This document shows positions 9,117-18,825 of a stretch of 64,000 nt of DNA, piece after piece. Origin of the DNA: a virus. Taxonomy: Duplodnaviria > Caudoviricetes. Position 1 is the first letter of the stretch, and the number at the start of each line of letters is the position of its first letter. The position numbers and the translations under genes are program-made. The notes beneath the pieces are model-generated. The model was not told the DNA's origin. It ran no database searches and worked only from the letters and a program-made list of their open reading frames with translations. Location of the stretch: IMG/VR virus record IMGVR_UViG_3300009031_000221, positions 448,001 through 512,000 of that record. One strand, given 5' to 3'.

Positions 9117-9361
9117 GCGACCTTCGTATCCCGCTTCTTATTCTTCTCATCCTGAATAGCATCCTGGAGTCCTGTGACAATGGGTCCAGGTGTGGGGTTA
9201 TCTACTAGACGCAAATCCCCCTGCGGAATGTTATTCTTGCTAAGCACGGTCTTTTCAAGCAGCATCAATAGCCCAACAAAGGCAAGGCTGGCTAGCAGCA
9301 CCAAGCCCGGGGCGAACAATACAATGCTCAGAATCAAGTGCGATGTAAACGACGTATCCAT
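9113..9361 (-). CDS. Small membrane protein
   Basis: Long hydrophobic N-terminus, basic C-tail; AAGGAG RBS. Confidence 0.7.
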   Translation of the reverse strand: MDTSFTSHLILSIVLFAPGLVLLASLAFVGLLMLLEKTVLSKNNIPQGDLRLVDNPTPGPIVTGLQDAIQDEKNKKRDTKVA

Positions 9362-9504
9362 GGGGACTCCTTGTGTTAGATGGTAGGATCCTCCCCACCG
9401 TCATGATCACAATGTATCCTCATGCTGTCCCCGCCACCATTGGCGGAAGCTACCATTTCGCATGCAGTCAACCATGCAATTCGGCATGGTATAAATGCAC
9501 CATA

Positions 9505-9550
9505 AACGAAAACGCCCTCCCAGGATGGTCCTTGGGAGGGCGTTTTCGTT
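9505..9550. terminator. Intrinsic terminator (possibly bidirectional)
   Basis: AACGAAAACGCCCTCCCA..TGGGAGGGCGTTTTCGTT inverted repeat. Confidence 0.8.
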
Positions 9551-9568
9551 CATTACGGACAGGTCGGG

Positions 9569-9766
9569 CTACTTCGCGTCAACCGTCACATCCGCAGGCA
9601 CGTCTACTGCCGACACGTCAGCCGCAACGTCAACGGACACGTCCGCATCCGAAGCATCGGCATCCGTGAGAACGTCCGCTGTCGCAGACTTCTCATCCGT
9701 CTTCGAGCAGCCGAGGGTCAAGCCAAGGCACAGTGCCAGGCATAGGGTCGAAAGAATCAACTTCAT
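9569..9766 (-). CDS. Small acidic lipoprotein
   Basis: Signal peptide II with lipobox LTLGC, then D/A/V/S-rich repeats. Confidence 0.8.
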   Translation of the reverse strand: MKLILSTLCLALCLGLTLGCSKTDEKSATADVLTDADASDADVSVDVAADVSAVDVPADVTVDAK

Positions 9767-9865
9767 GGTTTCCTTTTCTTATTGACCCCTTGGGTATTCG
9801 GGTCGGGTTTTGAAGTCGGCACTATACACCATCGTTGGCGAAAGTACCAGTCCACCGGAGGATCT

Positions 9866-9892
9866 ATCTACGCATACCAGTAGGAAAGTAAG
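9866..9892 (-). promoter_or_regulatory. Class A promoter motif
   Basis: Reverse CTTACT-N13-GCGTAGAT. Confidence 0.85.
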
Positions 9893-9953
9893 TCCCCCAA
9901 GGAAATCTTATCCACAGGGGGCTCAATAGCGACTCCTTTGGGTATTACTCTAT

Positions 9954-10784
9954 GTGCTATTGGAATCGAATGTAGGAGGATGTGTGGCTAGGAAAACTTC
10001 ATCAGCAGCCGTTGCCAGCGTACCGGCAACCCAATATCGTCCCGAGAAGTACCCGAGACTTCGCAACGATTACAAGAAGATTCAGGTAGAACTGAATGGT
10101 TGCTGGACTTGGTTGGGGGGCGATATAGAAATGGGGGTTGCCTATTATATCTATGGCTTGCTGAATGATTCTATTCCAAAGGGTAGCAAGATTCTGTTGG
10201 ATTGTGGCAATGCCAATTGCGTGTGCCCCTTTCATATGCAGGTACAAGTACCTCGTTTTAGTTACGATTTTAGAAAGACTTGGGCATATGTTCCTCCGAT
10301 GGATCCCACAAGGGTTGTCCCCCAAGAACTTCAGAAGCCCAAGCGTGCCCCGGCAACACCTCAGCTAAAAAAGGTTGTCCAACCCCCGCCTCCAAAGCAT
10401 GTTCCGGCACCTATCATCGTGCCCCCGAAGCCCGTTGTCGTGGCCCCGGTCATTCCGCAGCCTATCACCCCTGCGTTGCCTACGTGTCATCGTGGTCATC
10501 CTATGACCCCAGAGAATACGTTGAGCAAGTCCAATCGGGGATGTCGTATTTGCAAGCAGGCACGGGATCGGGAGTTCGCGGCTAATAAGCGTTTCCAGAA
10601 GAACAATCCGGGTCAGCCTTATGTCCCACCTCCCCCGCCGCCTGTTGTAAAGAGTTGTCAACGGGGACATCCTCAGACCACAGCTAACCAGTACGTCTAC
10701 CCTGACGGCCTCAAGAAGGAATGCCTGATCTGCAAGGGTATTCGGGACAAGGCTCGCAAAGAGAAGCTAAAGGCGGCGAGGTAG
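9954..10784 (+). CDS. Degenerate HNH-like protein with Pro-rich linker and two CxxGH zinc-finger repeats
   Basis: GCWTW..LLDCGNANCVCPFH; CHRGH..GCRIC and CQRGH..ECLIC. Confidence 0.7.
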   Translation: MLLESNVGGCVARKTSSAAVASVPATQYRPEKYPRLRNDYKKIQVELNGCWTWLGGDIEMGVAYYIYGLLNDSIPKGSKILLDCGNANCVCPFHMQVQVPRFSYDFRKTWAYVPPMDPTRVVPQELQKPKRAPATPQLKKVVQPPPPKHVPAPIIVPPKPVVVAPVIPQPITPALPTCHRGHPMTPENTLSKSNRGCRICKQARDREFAANKRFQKNNPGQPYVPPPPPPVVKSCQRGHPQTTANQYVYPDGLKKECLICKGIRDKARKEKLKAAR

Positions 10785-10785
10785 A

Positions 10786-10812
10786 CTTACTTTCGGGCAG
10801 AAGTGCGTAGAT
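10786..10812 (+). promoter_or_regulatory. Class A promoter motif
   Basis: CTTACT-N13-GCGTAGAT. Confidence 0.85.
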
Positions 10813-10892
10813 AGGGTGTGGGGTCGGCGAATGATTGACCCCAGTCCCTAGATGCTAGACACGAGGCAGATGACCTCGTACAGGAGTCCTCC

Positions 10893-11714
10893 ATGTCACT
10901 CATTGCCAACGCTTTTGTGTCCGATCCCGCCCTCGCGGCCCCCATCGCCCAGTCCGCGGACTGGCGTTCGGCCACCCTCGACCTGATCACGTTCCTGATT
11001 GGCCGTGGCGATTGCTTCAGCTCTGGCGAGATCGCCACCGCCCTCCGCGTCCACCGCACCGACTTGCGCTTTTCCGTGCCCAACCTGGGCGAGTACGTCC
11101 GTGACCTGTTCTACGGTGGTTCGATGCCGCAGTACAAGGAAGACGACGGTACCGGCCAGTTGGACTCGGTTTCGGTCTCCATGAGCCCCCGCACCACGCA
11201 GGGCCTCTACCCGGATCGCACCCCCGAGGGTGTCCAGGTGTTCGTCTACGGCCCGTCGCAGGGTGCGTGTGATTCGCACGAGTTCGAGGTCTTCATCCCG
11301 AACCCCTCCGCGGGTGAGACGATGGCTTCGGCTCCGGTTCCGGCCACGCCGACCAGCGTCAAGGTTCCCAAGGGTGGCGGCGTGTTCATCGGCGGCGCCC
11401 AGACGCCCCTGACGAACATCCAGGGCAAGGTGTGGCCCGATGGGCGCCTCAGCATCCCCCGCAGCGCCTTCGAGGCCTGCGTTCACATGAACGGCACCTC
11501 CATGCGTGGCGGTGACCCGGTCTACGTGAAGTGCTCCGCCACGGAAGCGGTTGTCACCCTGACGGATGACGGTACGGGCAACGCGAAGTCCTACGACCTC
11601 ACCCGCGACAATGGCCGCATCGCCTTCAAGGCGCCGGCGGGTCTCGCCGCCTTCGTGCCCGGCGATACCTACGACCTGGTGGTCACGGCCGGCAAGATCA
11701 CCGTCGCCCTCTAG
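10893..11714 (+). CDS. Hypothetical protein, probably highly expressed
   Basis: 273 aa, strong C/G third-position bias, own promoter and terminator. Confidence 0.8.
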   Translation: MSLIANAFVSDPALAAPIAQSADWRSATLDLITFLIGRGDCFSSGEIATALRVHRTDLRFSVPNLGEYVRDLFYGGSMPQYKEDDGTGQLDSVSVSMSPRTTQGLYPDRTPEGVQVFVYGPSQGACDSHEFEVFIPNPSAGETMASAPVPATPTSVKVPKGGGVFIGGAQTPLTNIQGKVWPDGRLSIPRSAFEACVHMNGTSMRGGDPVYVKCSATEAVVTLTDDGTGNAKSYDLTRDNGRIAFKAPAGLAAFVPGDTYDLVVTAGKITVAL

Positions 11715-11749
11715 GGACGGTAGACCAAGTTGGGTGGGAAGTGCCCCGA

Positions 11750-11788
11750 ACGCCCGCCTCCTCGGTAATATACTGAGGAGGCGGGCGT
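11750..11788 (+). terminator. Stem-loop terminator
   Basis: ACGCCCGCCTCCTC / GAGGAGGCGGGCGT. Confidence 0.65.
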
Positions 11789-11815
11789 CATCGTTTCTAG
11801 CCTCAGGAATATCCC

Positions 11816-12211
11816 ATGGATTTTGTCTCCGGAACCAAGGAAGTGATTACCCCTGAATCCATCAGGGCTGCCATCCGAGAAGTGTTCCCTGGGGCTAATG
11901 TCGAACTCATAGGATTCACTGGCGGCACGGTTATCCATACCCGAATATGGCAATTCACCATGGATATTACCCTGACCACCAACCCCATCGTCTACAGCGA
12001 GAAGGCGGGTGAAGTGCGTATGGTCCTTCAGTGGAAATCCCCCGATGGGAAACCTGTCACCATCAACAGCTTCGCAGGACGAGTCCTCGAGCAACATGGT
12101 GCCATCCGTGCATTCGTCATATCTACCAGGGCGTATCTTGATGGCATCATCGCGGCTATCACCATGGCGGAAGAAGACCCACCTCCGGAACCCGAAGCGA
12201 ACCTTGTATGA
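11816..12211 (+). CDS. Hypothetical protein
   Basis: AGGAA RBS, 131 aa. Confidence 0.7.
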   Translation: MDFVSGTKEVITPESIRAAIREVFPGANVELIGFTGGTVIHTRIWQFTMDITLTTNPIVYSEKAGEVRMVLQWKSPDGKPVTINSFAGRVLEQHGAIRAFVISTRAYLDGIIAAITMAEEDPPPEPEANLV

Positions 12212-12858
12212 ATATCCTTTTTCTTGATTTCGATGGCGTGCTAAATAGGGATCGAACATGGCGTGCCATGAACAAGGATCCCGACCTACAGCATGACCCC
12301 ATTAATCACCTGGATGCCGAACTTTGCTCCCGTGTCCAAGAAGCCTGCGATGGTGCTGGGATTGATGCTATCGTCCTGTCCACTTCATGGCGGAAACGGT
12401 TTGCTCTCGATGAAATCAAGGCATGGCTTGCAGCTAAAGGCCTGACGATTCCAATCATCGGCAGGACACCATTCATCCATGCTCGTCCAGAATTCTGCCA
12501 GAAGATGTCCGATTATGACCCCATGTGGTCACAGATTGGTAGGGGCATGGAGATTCAATGGTGGCTCAGGCGCTATCGTCCAGATGATGCCTGGAGGGAA
12601 GATCACATCGTCATCCTTGACGATGAACGCACAATGGGTAGCCTGAACCCCTGGCTCATTCGTTGCCATCCCAAGTATGGATTCCTGCCATCTCAATATG
12701 CACAGTTCGCAAAGACCCTGGAAAAGCCTCTGACCAAACTCGAATGGGTTCATGATGCCCTGCGGTGCCATGCACTCGAGCACAGGCCTCCGCTTGGCCC
12801 TATTACAATCGAGATCAACCCTGTGATGAATGCTACCGGCAGGACTTCTTCGGATTAG
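12208..12858 (+). CDS. HAD-family phosphatase (RNA-repair-associated HAD type)
   Basis: ILFLDFDGVLN, VLSTSWR, GRT, RGMEIQWWL, VILDD. Confidence 0.85.
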   Translation: MNILFLDFDGVLNRDRTWRAMNKDPDLQHDPINHLDAELCSRVQEACDGAGIDAIVLSTSWRKRFALDEIKAWLAAKGLTIPIIGRTPFIHARPEFCQKMSDYDPMWSQIGRGMEIQWWLRRYRPDDAWREDHIVILDDERTMGSLNPWLIRCHPKYGFLPSQYAQFAKTLEKPLTKLEWVHDALRCHALEHRPPLGPITIEINPVMNATGRTSSD

Positions 12859-13547
12859 CGTCTATTCCGATACAGCATTGTGCGATGCACGGAAGGGTTG
12901 AATCCTAACGCACCCTTCATGGGCGGATCCACAACCCGATTGATGTCATCCCGTAGGAATCCCACGGCGGCAACTTCCTTGCGTTCATTCAGAATCTTGA
13001 CAACTCCTTCCATGGCAAGTTCCATCAAGAACTCGTTATCCTCTGCGTAGGCAAAGTATCCACCCTCATATCGGATCTCCCGAATCATTGCCCAAGGGCC
13101 TTGGGCACGGCGAATAGTCCGTTGCTTCCACTGAGGGTCGTTGAATATCGTCCCCACCATGAGGCCACTACCGGTGAAGGACTTGAAGCCTTGCTCATTA
13201 GACCATCGCAAGGTCTTGCCCCATGCTGTGGTTGCAAACCCTTCCTTCTCCTGGATTCCAAATGGGCGAATTCGATCAATAAAACTGATGACCATTACCG
13301 CAAGTCGATTGGCATCACTCATGGTTTTCCCAATGAGCAACGCATCCGACCCGTTGATAAGGGATGCAGTCGCATGGGCACACATCCACGTCGAGGCACC
13401 AATTCCGCAGTAGGCACCATTTTCATCCATCATGTCAAGCTCGCCAAAGCTTGCATAGGAGCGAACGTTGGCGGCGTGCTTCTTGGTTATGAAGGTGTCC
13501 AATTCTTCAAATCCCATGCGCTCATAGACATCTTCAATGGTTACCAT
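12855..13547 (-). CDS. Hypothetical protein
   Basis: Within track ORF 12855..13619; start moved to reduce overlap. Confidence 0.65.
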   Translation of the reverse strand: MVTIEDVYERMGFEELDTFITKKHAANVRSYASFGELDMMDENGAYCGIGASTWMCAHATASLINGSDALLIGKTMSDANRLAVMVISFIDRIRPFGIQEKEGFATTAWGKTLRWSNEQGFKSFTGSGLMVGTIFNDPQWKQRTIRRAQGPWAMIREIRYEGGYFAYAEDNEFLMELAMEGVVKILNERKEVAAVGFLRDDINRVVDPPMKGALGFNPSVHRTMLYRNRR

Positions 13548-14133
13548 ATTGCCCCATGATTTCTTCCCATGAACGGATTCGGGGTTCCTGGAAGATAGGA
13601 AATCCGTGTGCAAAGTCATCTAGGAATGAGAATGAAACCCCATACCGTGCCCATCTAGCCATCACAGAATCTGTGTCGAACGTGACCCCGTGATAGGCCC
13701 AACCATCAGGGATGTCCCCAAACACCCTATCCCGAAGCCGACCTTTACGCAGGGGTGTATGCCACCTCCACGTCAAGTCCACAACCTTGCCATTGATCGC
13801 GACCCAGCCATGCAATACAGGCCAGTGAGACAGGCCCATGGCCAACCCTTCGCAATACCTAAGAGTGCCCGTAGAATCCGCCAACGCAACCTTCTGTGCG
13901 TTGTGAAAGCACTCCTGAATCTTGAACCGACTGCCTGAGGCTTCTACCGCAGAAAATACAATGTCCCGTTCTTCATGGGTCAATGGGTGTGATGCTAACG
14001 GATTGCCATGGTCAAGGACGTAATCCTCTGGGCCATAGTAATAGAAGCCCTTGGGCAGATGCAGCCCCAGCTTACGCTTGAATTGCGTCGTTTCAATGAG
14101 GTAACGGAAAAGCTGGGTATCTGATGCATTCAT
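13534..14133 (-). CDS. Hypothetical protein
   Basis: 199 aa; CFHNA..YCEG..HGW conserved-looking core. Confidence 0.7.
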   Translation of the reverse strand: MNASDTQLFRYLIETTQFKRKLGLHLPKGFYYYGPEDYVLDHGNPLASHPLTHEERDIVFSAVEASGSRFKIQECFHNAQKVALADSTGTLRYCEGLAMGLSHWPVLHGWVAINGKVVDLTWRWHTPLRKGRLRDRVFGDIPDGWAYHGVTFDTDSVMARWARYGVSFSFLDDFAHGFPIFQEPRIRSWEEIMGQYGNH

Positions 14134-14172
14134 TGCATTCTCAATACCCTAGACAGGCGTAAGCCGATCTAC

Positions 14173-14478
14173 CTAATCGAGGTCGAAGCCGTCGATCTCA
14201 TCGTTGAGGTCATCCCCTTCAAGATCATCCTCGAGATCGTCAAGATCATCGGGATCCTTATCAAGATCATCCTCATCGTCTTCCTCTTCATCGTCGTCAA
14301 CATTACCGTGCCGCTTGGAACGAATCCTTACCGGACCATCGTCATCAAATGACAACTCCCGTTCGGACTCATCCTCGTCCTCTTCTTCGTCCTCGTCATC
14401 ATCGAACCCCTCATCAAGGTCATCATCCTCATTGAGATCGTCGTCTTCTTCATCTTCCCATTCGTCATCGTAAGACAT
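14173..14478 (-). CDS. Extremely acidic low-complexity protein
   Basis: 101 aa dominated by D/E with one central basic patch RIRSKRH; GGAG RBS. Confidence 0.75.
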   Translation of the reverse strand: MSYDDEWEDEEDDDLNEDDDLDEGFDDDEDEEEDEDESERELSFDDDGPVRIRSKRHGNVDDDEEEDDEDDLDKDPDDLDDLEDDLEGDDLNDEIDGFDLD

Positions 14479-14489
14479 GTCGCACTCCG

Positions 14490-14687
14490 TTAGTTGCGGG
14501 CTAATTCGTTGCAGCGTTGCAGAAACTCATCCGGTTCCATGGTATCAAATTCCTTGCACATCGGGATTCCGTGTGCAAGGAAACTTTTATCATTTGCATG
14601 TACCCCTGCGGACACAATTTGGTTACAGAAGGGACAGCTAAAATCGACCATTTCAACAATTTCATCTTCTGGCATCGCATACCTCAC
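14490..14687 (-). CDS. Small Cys-containing protein
   Basis: CPFC..H..C, 65 aa. Confidence 0.6.
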   Translation of the reverse strand: MRYAMPEDEIVEMVDFSCPFCNQIVSAGVHANDKSFLAHGIPMCKEFDTMEPDEFLQRCNELARN

Positions 14688-14719
14688 AACCTTAAAGGCG
14701 TATAGGAAAGCGATTGCGA

Positions 14720-15316
14720 TTAGACCTTGTATTTGGGATCGAGCAATTGGTCCGCCAATTCCCGCATCTGAATTTCTTCGGGCGAGGGATCGAAAGCGTG
14801 GCGATCTTCATCATCGAAGCAGTCACAATCAAATGCCGCCAGCTTGGCACGTTCATCCGCATACCATTTGAGAACTTCCAACGCCTTTTCCGCGTCCAGG
14901 TAATCCGCATCGGGGACGGTTTGCCGCAAGATGTCTACGCAGCTATGGAAGTAAGGCTGGGCATCTTCATCCGTGGCATTGCAAGGAGTAAATCCATCCC
15001 CGAAACCATAACGCATGTAGCCGATGCCCGGTTCGCCATCATCCTGGATCTGGTAGCCGATGAAATGTGCGATGTTCTCCAGGAATGCAATTCCCCGGGC
15101 ATAGGAGATCTGGGGGAAGCTGTGCAAATTCCGCCCATCCCCACCGAACACGCTATAGATGGCATGCCGATCCGCAGTCATAAAGGCATACGCCAAGGCA
15201 CGAATGGTGGCATCACTGGAATTGAGCACCGATCGAATCGCCTTGAAGGCATCATCGCAACGCGCCGATTCCGTAGCCATGTGCGAGGCCTTGAGATCCT
15301 TTACATTATCCGGCAT
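14720..15316 (-). CDS. Hypothetical protein
   Basis: 198 aa, follows rtcB. Confidence 0.7.
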   Translation of the reverse strand: MPDNVKDLKASHMATESARCDDAFKAIRSVLNSSDATIRALAYAFMTADRHAIYSVFGGDGRNLHSFPQISYARGIAFLENIAHFIGYQIQDDGEPGIGYMRYGFGDGFTPCNATDEDAQPYFHSCVDILRQTVPDADYLDAEKALEVLKWYADERAKLAAFDCDCFDDEDRHAFDPSPEEIQMRELADQLLDPKYKV

Positions 15317-15317
15317 G

Positions 15318-16508
15318 TCACTCTCCGCCTGCCTTGAAGTTGTAGATCGGCTTCAACTTGTCCACAACTTCCACCGTGTCACCGATGTAGGACGCCACAT
15401 CTACCGAGTCCTTGTATGCCATCGGCGACTCATCCAGCGTTCCCTGCCCGATGCAAGACGACCATACCCCCGAATCCGCCATGACTTGCTTGAACTCCGT
15501 CACACCAAGCTCTCGCTTTGCCTGCGACCGGGACATCTTGCGTCCCGCACCGTGAGGTGCCGAGTTGTTCCAATCCGGGTTACCCTTGCCCTTCCCGATG
15601 ACCACGCCATCCCGCATGTTCCACGGAATGATGACCGTTTCGCCCAGCTTTGCAGAGATCGCACCCTTGCGGATGATATCGTCATCACCGATGAAGTTGT
15701 GAACCGAGGTCACGATCTCCGCATCGCGGATCTTCACGTCGAAGAAATCCGCCAGGACATCCATCATGACCAACCGGCTCAGCATTGCGAACTTCTGGGC
15801 AATCCGCATGTCCCGCAGATAGCTCTGAGCATCATCGCCCTCGAGCCACTCCAGGCCATTCTTCCTCCCCATGGACGCAACCGCCTTCTTCTGGTGGAAC
15901 TCCGCGATCTTCAGGCCGAAGTTACGGCTACCCGAGTGAACGATGAGCCACAGCGCCTCGTCCAACCCGCGTCCGATCTCAATGAAGTGGTTGCCCCCAC
16001 CCAGGGAACCCGGCTGGCACCACACCTTGGAGATGTCCGAACCGACACGCTGAGCCAAGTTGCCAACGTCCTTCTCGAAGCCCTCCCAGTCCGATCCCCG
16101 GGAGAACCACAGCTTATACAGCCACTCCCGGCGCTTGGACGGGCGCTCCAATGAGGAGAAACCGGAAGGAACGTTCTTCCGTAGGTAGCGGTCGAACTCC
16201 GGCAAAATGGATTCAATCTTGCCAATCTTGTGGCTCTTGGATTCCGTTCCGCCCAGGCGCATCGCCTGAACACCGCAACCAATATCGACGCCAACAACGT
16301 TCGGGATGACCTTATCCGACAGCGGAGACGTGAACCCGACAACCGCACCCTTGCCCGCGTGAACGTCAGGCATGATACGGATTTGGCAACCCGCGAATGC
16401 AGGGCTGTTCAAGAAATCGTAGATCTGAGCAACAGCGTGCTGCTCGATGTCATTCGTGAACACCTTGCAACCGGTGTACTGTCCTTGATATTCCAACGGG
16501 TTTTCCAT
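15318..16508 (-). CDS. rtcB: RNA 3'-phosphate/cyclic-phosphate ligase RtcB
   Basis: MPDVHAGKG, GVDIGCG, GGGNHFIE, VHSGSR, HN, SAPHGAGR, DESPMAYK. Confidence 0.96.
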   Translation of the reverse strand: MENPLEYQGQYTGCKVFTNDIEQHAVAQIYDFLNSPAFAGCQIRIMPDVHAGKGAVVGFTSPLSDKVIPNVVGVDIGCGVQAMRLGGTESKSHKIGKIESILPEFDRYLRKNVPSGFSSLERPSKRREWLYKLWFSRGSDWEGFEKDVGNLAQRVGSDISKVWCQPGSLGGGNHFIEIGRGLDEALWLIVHSGSRNFGLKIAEFHQKKAVASMGRKNGLEWLEGDDAQSYLRDMRIAQKFAMLSRLVMMDVLADFFDVKIRDAEIVTSVHNFIGDDDIIRKGAISAKLGETVIIPWNMRDGVVIGKGKGNPDWNNSAPHGAGRKMSRSQAKRELGVTEFKQVMADSGVWSSCIGQGTLDESPMAYKDSVDVASYIGDTVEVVDKLKPIYNFKAGGE

Positions 16509-16514
16509 GATATC

Positions 16515-16859
16515 CTACTTCAGGCTATTAGCCTTCTCCGTCATCCCACGAGTGACGTATTCTCCGGTACAAACTCTCAAGGCATGCTTTGCCTTATTCG
16601 ACAGGAAGTTGATCATCCCACCGCCAACATGATTCGTCACGGCGTTCAGAGGGTTTTTTGCCGTACCCCCATTCTCAGGGCGATCCAGATTGTAGCACTC
16701 CCACATACCTGTTGACGGAATGAATTGAAGCACCCCGATAAACTCATTTTCTCCGAACCAGATCTCGGCGGCATGCCCCTCCAGCACCTTGACAATCCAC
16801 GGCGAAGTAGATCCTTCACGGATACCAAACAGGGACTTGATTTCTTCAATCGGGGTCAT
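16515..16859 (-). CDS. Hypothetical protein
   Basis: 114 aa, AAGGAA RBS. Confidence 0.65.
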   Translation of the reverse strand: MTPIEEIKSLFGIREGSTSPWIVKVLEGHAAEIWFGENEFIGVLQFIPSTGMWECYNLDRPENGGTAKNPLNAVTNHVGGGMINFLSNKAKHALRVCTGEYVTRGMTEKANSLK

Positions 16860-16870
16860 TCAGGGGTTCC

Positions 16871-17131
16871 TTACAATTTGTTGTAGACTTCAACGGCCTT
16901 GTTGGCATCCACTCGCAGGCAGCGGACGTTATCGCGGGTCAACCCGGATCCGCAAGGGTACCGGTAGACGACCGTATACACGCCGGCACGGGGGTAGAAG
17001 TACATCCGCCTGGGGAAACGGACATTCACACCGGGACCTTCCGCCACGATGACTGCCGTATCCGATCGCGACCGAACCGACTTCGCAAGTACTTCGTTGA
17101 TATTCAGCATTGACGTTCCTTTGCCTCGCAT
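16871..17131 (-). CDS. Hypothetical protein
   Basis: Behind class A promoter. Confidence 0.65.
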   Translation of the reverse strand: MRGKGTSMLNINEVLAKSVRSRSDTAVIVAEGPGVNVRFPRRMYFYPRAGVYTVVYRYPCGSGLTRDNVRCLRVDANKAVEVYNKL

Positions 17132-17148
17132 TATGCGGGCTACGTATC

Positions 17149-17175
17149 ATCTACGCTGGACTCTCAGGAAGTAAG
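17149..17175 (-). promoter_or_regulatory. Class A promoter motif
   Basis: Reverse CTTACT-N13-GCGTAGAT. Confidence 0.85.
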
Positions 17176-17499
17176 CTACGGCTCGAGCGTGTCCCTCTTG
17201 AATAGTTTGCTGAGCCTTGCTTCGACCTTCTCACGCGCCTTTGGAAGTGCCTTGATGGTACGAAGCATTTCACGATGCGAAATGACCTTATCCGCAGCCA
17301 GGATCTTGACCTTGTTCTCCGCCTCATCTCGATAGGCGAAAACAAATACCTCTGCTCTGGCACGGGCGCTAATATGCAGCAACGCCCACACAAGATCAAG
17401 GGTCGCACCAAGTAGAACGATGACCGCCATAACGATCATCACACCCTTGTAGTCCACATGCGCTAGAATCCAACCCATCGTAGAGACCTCATAGCCCAA
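17176..17499 (-). CDS. Membrane protein
   Basis: Hydrophobic segment VMIVMAVIVLLGATLDLVWALL. Confidence 0.7.
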   Translation of the reverse strand: MGYEVSTMGWILAHVDYKGVMIVMAVIVLLGATLDLVWALLHISARARAEVFVFAYRDEAENKVKILAADKVISHREMLRTIKALPKAREKVEARLSKLFKRDTLEP

Positions 17500-17516
17500 C
17501 GCACGGGCTATGGGTC

Positions 17517-17543
17517 ATCTACGCTGGATTTTTTGGAAGTAAG
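17517..17543 (-). promoter_or_regulatory. Class A promoter motif
   Basis: Reverse CTTACT-N13-GCGTAGAT. Confidence 0.85.
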
Positions 17544-17552
17544 CCTACAGGC

Positions 17553-17864
17553 CTAGCAGTCGTCGCCTTCGTAACGGGGGTATGCCCAACCGTTACGATC
17601 GATGTGCCAAGGCGTATTGGTTCCGTCATGCACTTCATCCTGCAGCATGTTGTAAAGCATGCTCGAGCAGGGCTGTACGATAACTTCAACCTTGGTAGAC
17701 AAACCGGGCTCGTATTCGTCGAGCCACTTCACGGCATCCTTCGCAGCTGCCCGTGCTGAAGTGCTGGCACCCCAGATAACGCCGCCCACGCCGCCATAGT
17801 AGGTCTTCCCCTCAAACTGGAAGTCATTGTTGACGTACGCGATATGATACAAGTTACTAGTCAT
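17553..17864 (-). CDS. Hypothetical protein
   Basis: 103 aa, GAGGAA RBS. Confidence 0.7.
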   Translation of the reverse strand: MTSNLYHIAYVNNDFQFEGKTYYGGVGGVIWGASTSARAAAKDAVKWLDEYEPGLSTKVEVIVQPCSSMLYNMLQDEVHDGTNTPWHIDRNGWAYPRYEGDDC

Positions 17865-17941
17865 TCTTTCCTCGTAGTGGTGTAGGTATGATGATAGGTG
17901 AGGCTGGCATCCTTTGCCATGCCCTCACCGTGTTCATCACA

Positions 17942-17968
17942 TTCTACGCACTATGAACGGAAACTGAG
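17942..17968 (-). promoter_or_regulatory. Degenerate class A promoter
   Basis: CTCAGT-N13-GCGTAGAAT. Confidence 0.55.
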
Positions 17969-17982
17969 TCTAGCAAGGATGA

Positions 17983-18825
17983 TTACTTTTCATTCGCTTC
18001 GGCATCGGCAACCATCTTGGCGAACTCAGCCTTCCATCCACCGGGGCGCTTACCCAAAGTTCCGATGTACAGAACATCGCCCTTGACAGGGTTAATGGAA
18101 GTCGGGTACTGGTCACGCTGGGCAGAGAACACGGTGAAGTAATAGCCGTTCTTTCCCATCGCCTGCTTCAGGGGGTTGCCAGAATAGTAGACGCGGATAC
18201 GGGATTCGCCCTGTACGTTACCCTTGTCAACATATTCCTCAATCAGCTTGATACGATCAGCAGACGGTGGCTTCGCCGTCTTGTCGCTAATGTAAACCAC
18301 TTCGATCATAGCACGTTGGTTGGCGCCGCCCGCATCCGAAGGGGTGTAACGATACAACCCGGTCTTGCTGCCGGATTCCTTGCCCTCAAAGCGTCCCTGA
18401 CCAAAGTCGCGAACCCCATCAGTGAATGCAATGATAACGGCATCGCCATCTACATCAACGACATTGCCTACCTTGCCGTCAAATTGTTCGCAGATGTCCG
18501 TGTTCTTTGGGTTCGTGTTCTTGGCAGCCTTGCACTCAACCATTTCACCCTTCTCAAGGGGGCCACGGGTTTGCTTGACGCCTTCTTCTTGCATTGGAAC
18601 ATGCAGACGATCCAACACCCTCTGGCATTCGTTCTTATCGAACTTCTCGCCCTTCATGATGCACCATGCGACAAACATTTCACTCTCCTCAGAGAATGAA
18701 AGCTTCGTGGAAGCCAATCGGGCATCCGTGTCCATGGTGTGCTCACGAATCACCGGCATCAGGTGCTCTTGCAACTGAGGGTATTCATGGGCCAAACGAA
18801 TCAGTTGCTTGATACGGTCATTCAT
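17983..18825 (-). CDS. Class B protein with N-terminal LAHxxPxL tag
   Basis: MNDRIKQLIRLAHEYPQLQEHLMPVIREH; class B motif upstream. Confidence 0.8.
   Translation of the reverse strand: MNDRIKQLIRLAHEYPQLQEHLMPVIREHTMDTDARLASTKLSFSEESEMFVAWCIMKGEKFDKNECQRVLDRLHVPMQEEGVKQTRGPLEKGEMVECKAAKNTNPKNTDICEQFDGKVGNVVDVDGDAVIIAFTDGVRDFGQGRFEGKESGSKTGLYRYTPSDAGGANQRAMIEVVYISDKTAKPPSADRIKLIEEYVDKGNVQGESRIRVYYSGNPLKQAMGKNGYYFTVFSAQRDQYPTSINPVKGDVLYIGTLGKRPGGWKAEFAKMVADAEANEK

Noticed and set aside
14204-14473. Poly-Ser ORF
   Set aside because: Antisense shadow of the D/E-rich gene
15159-16154. Long antisense ORFs (also 4805..5584, 10896..11486, 34299..35015, 51986..52990, 60249..61544)
   Set aside because: Shadow frames of real genes with strong GC3 bias; no RBS, promoter or recognisable motifs
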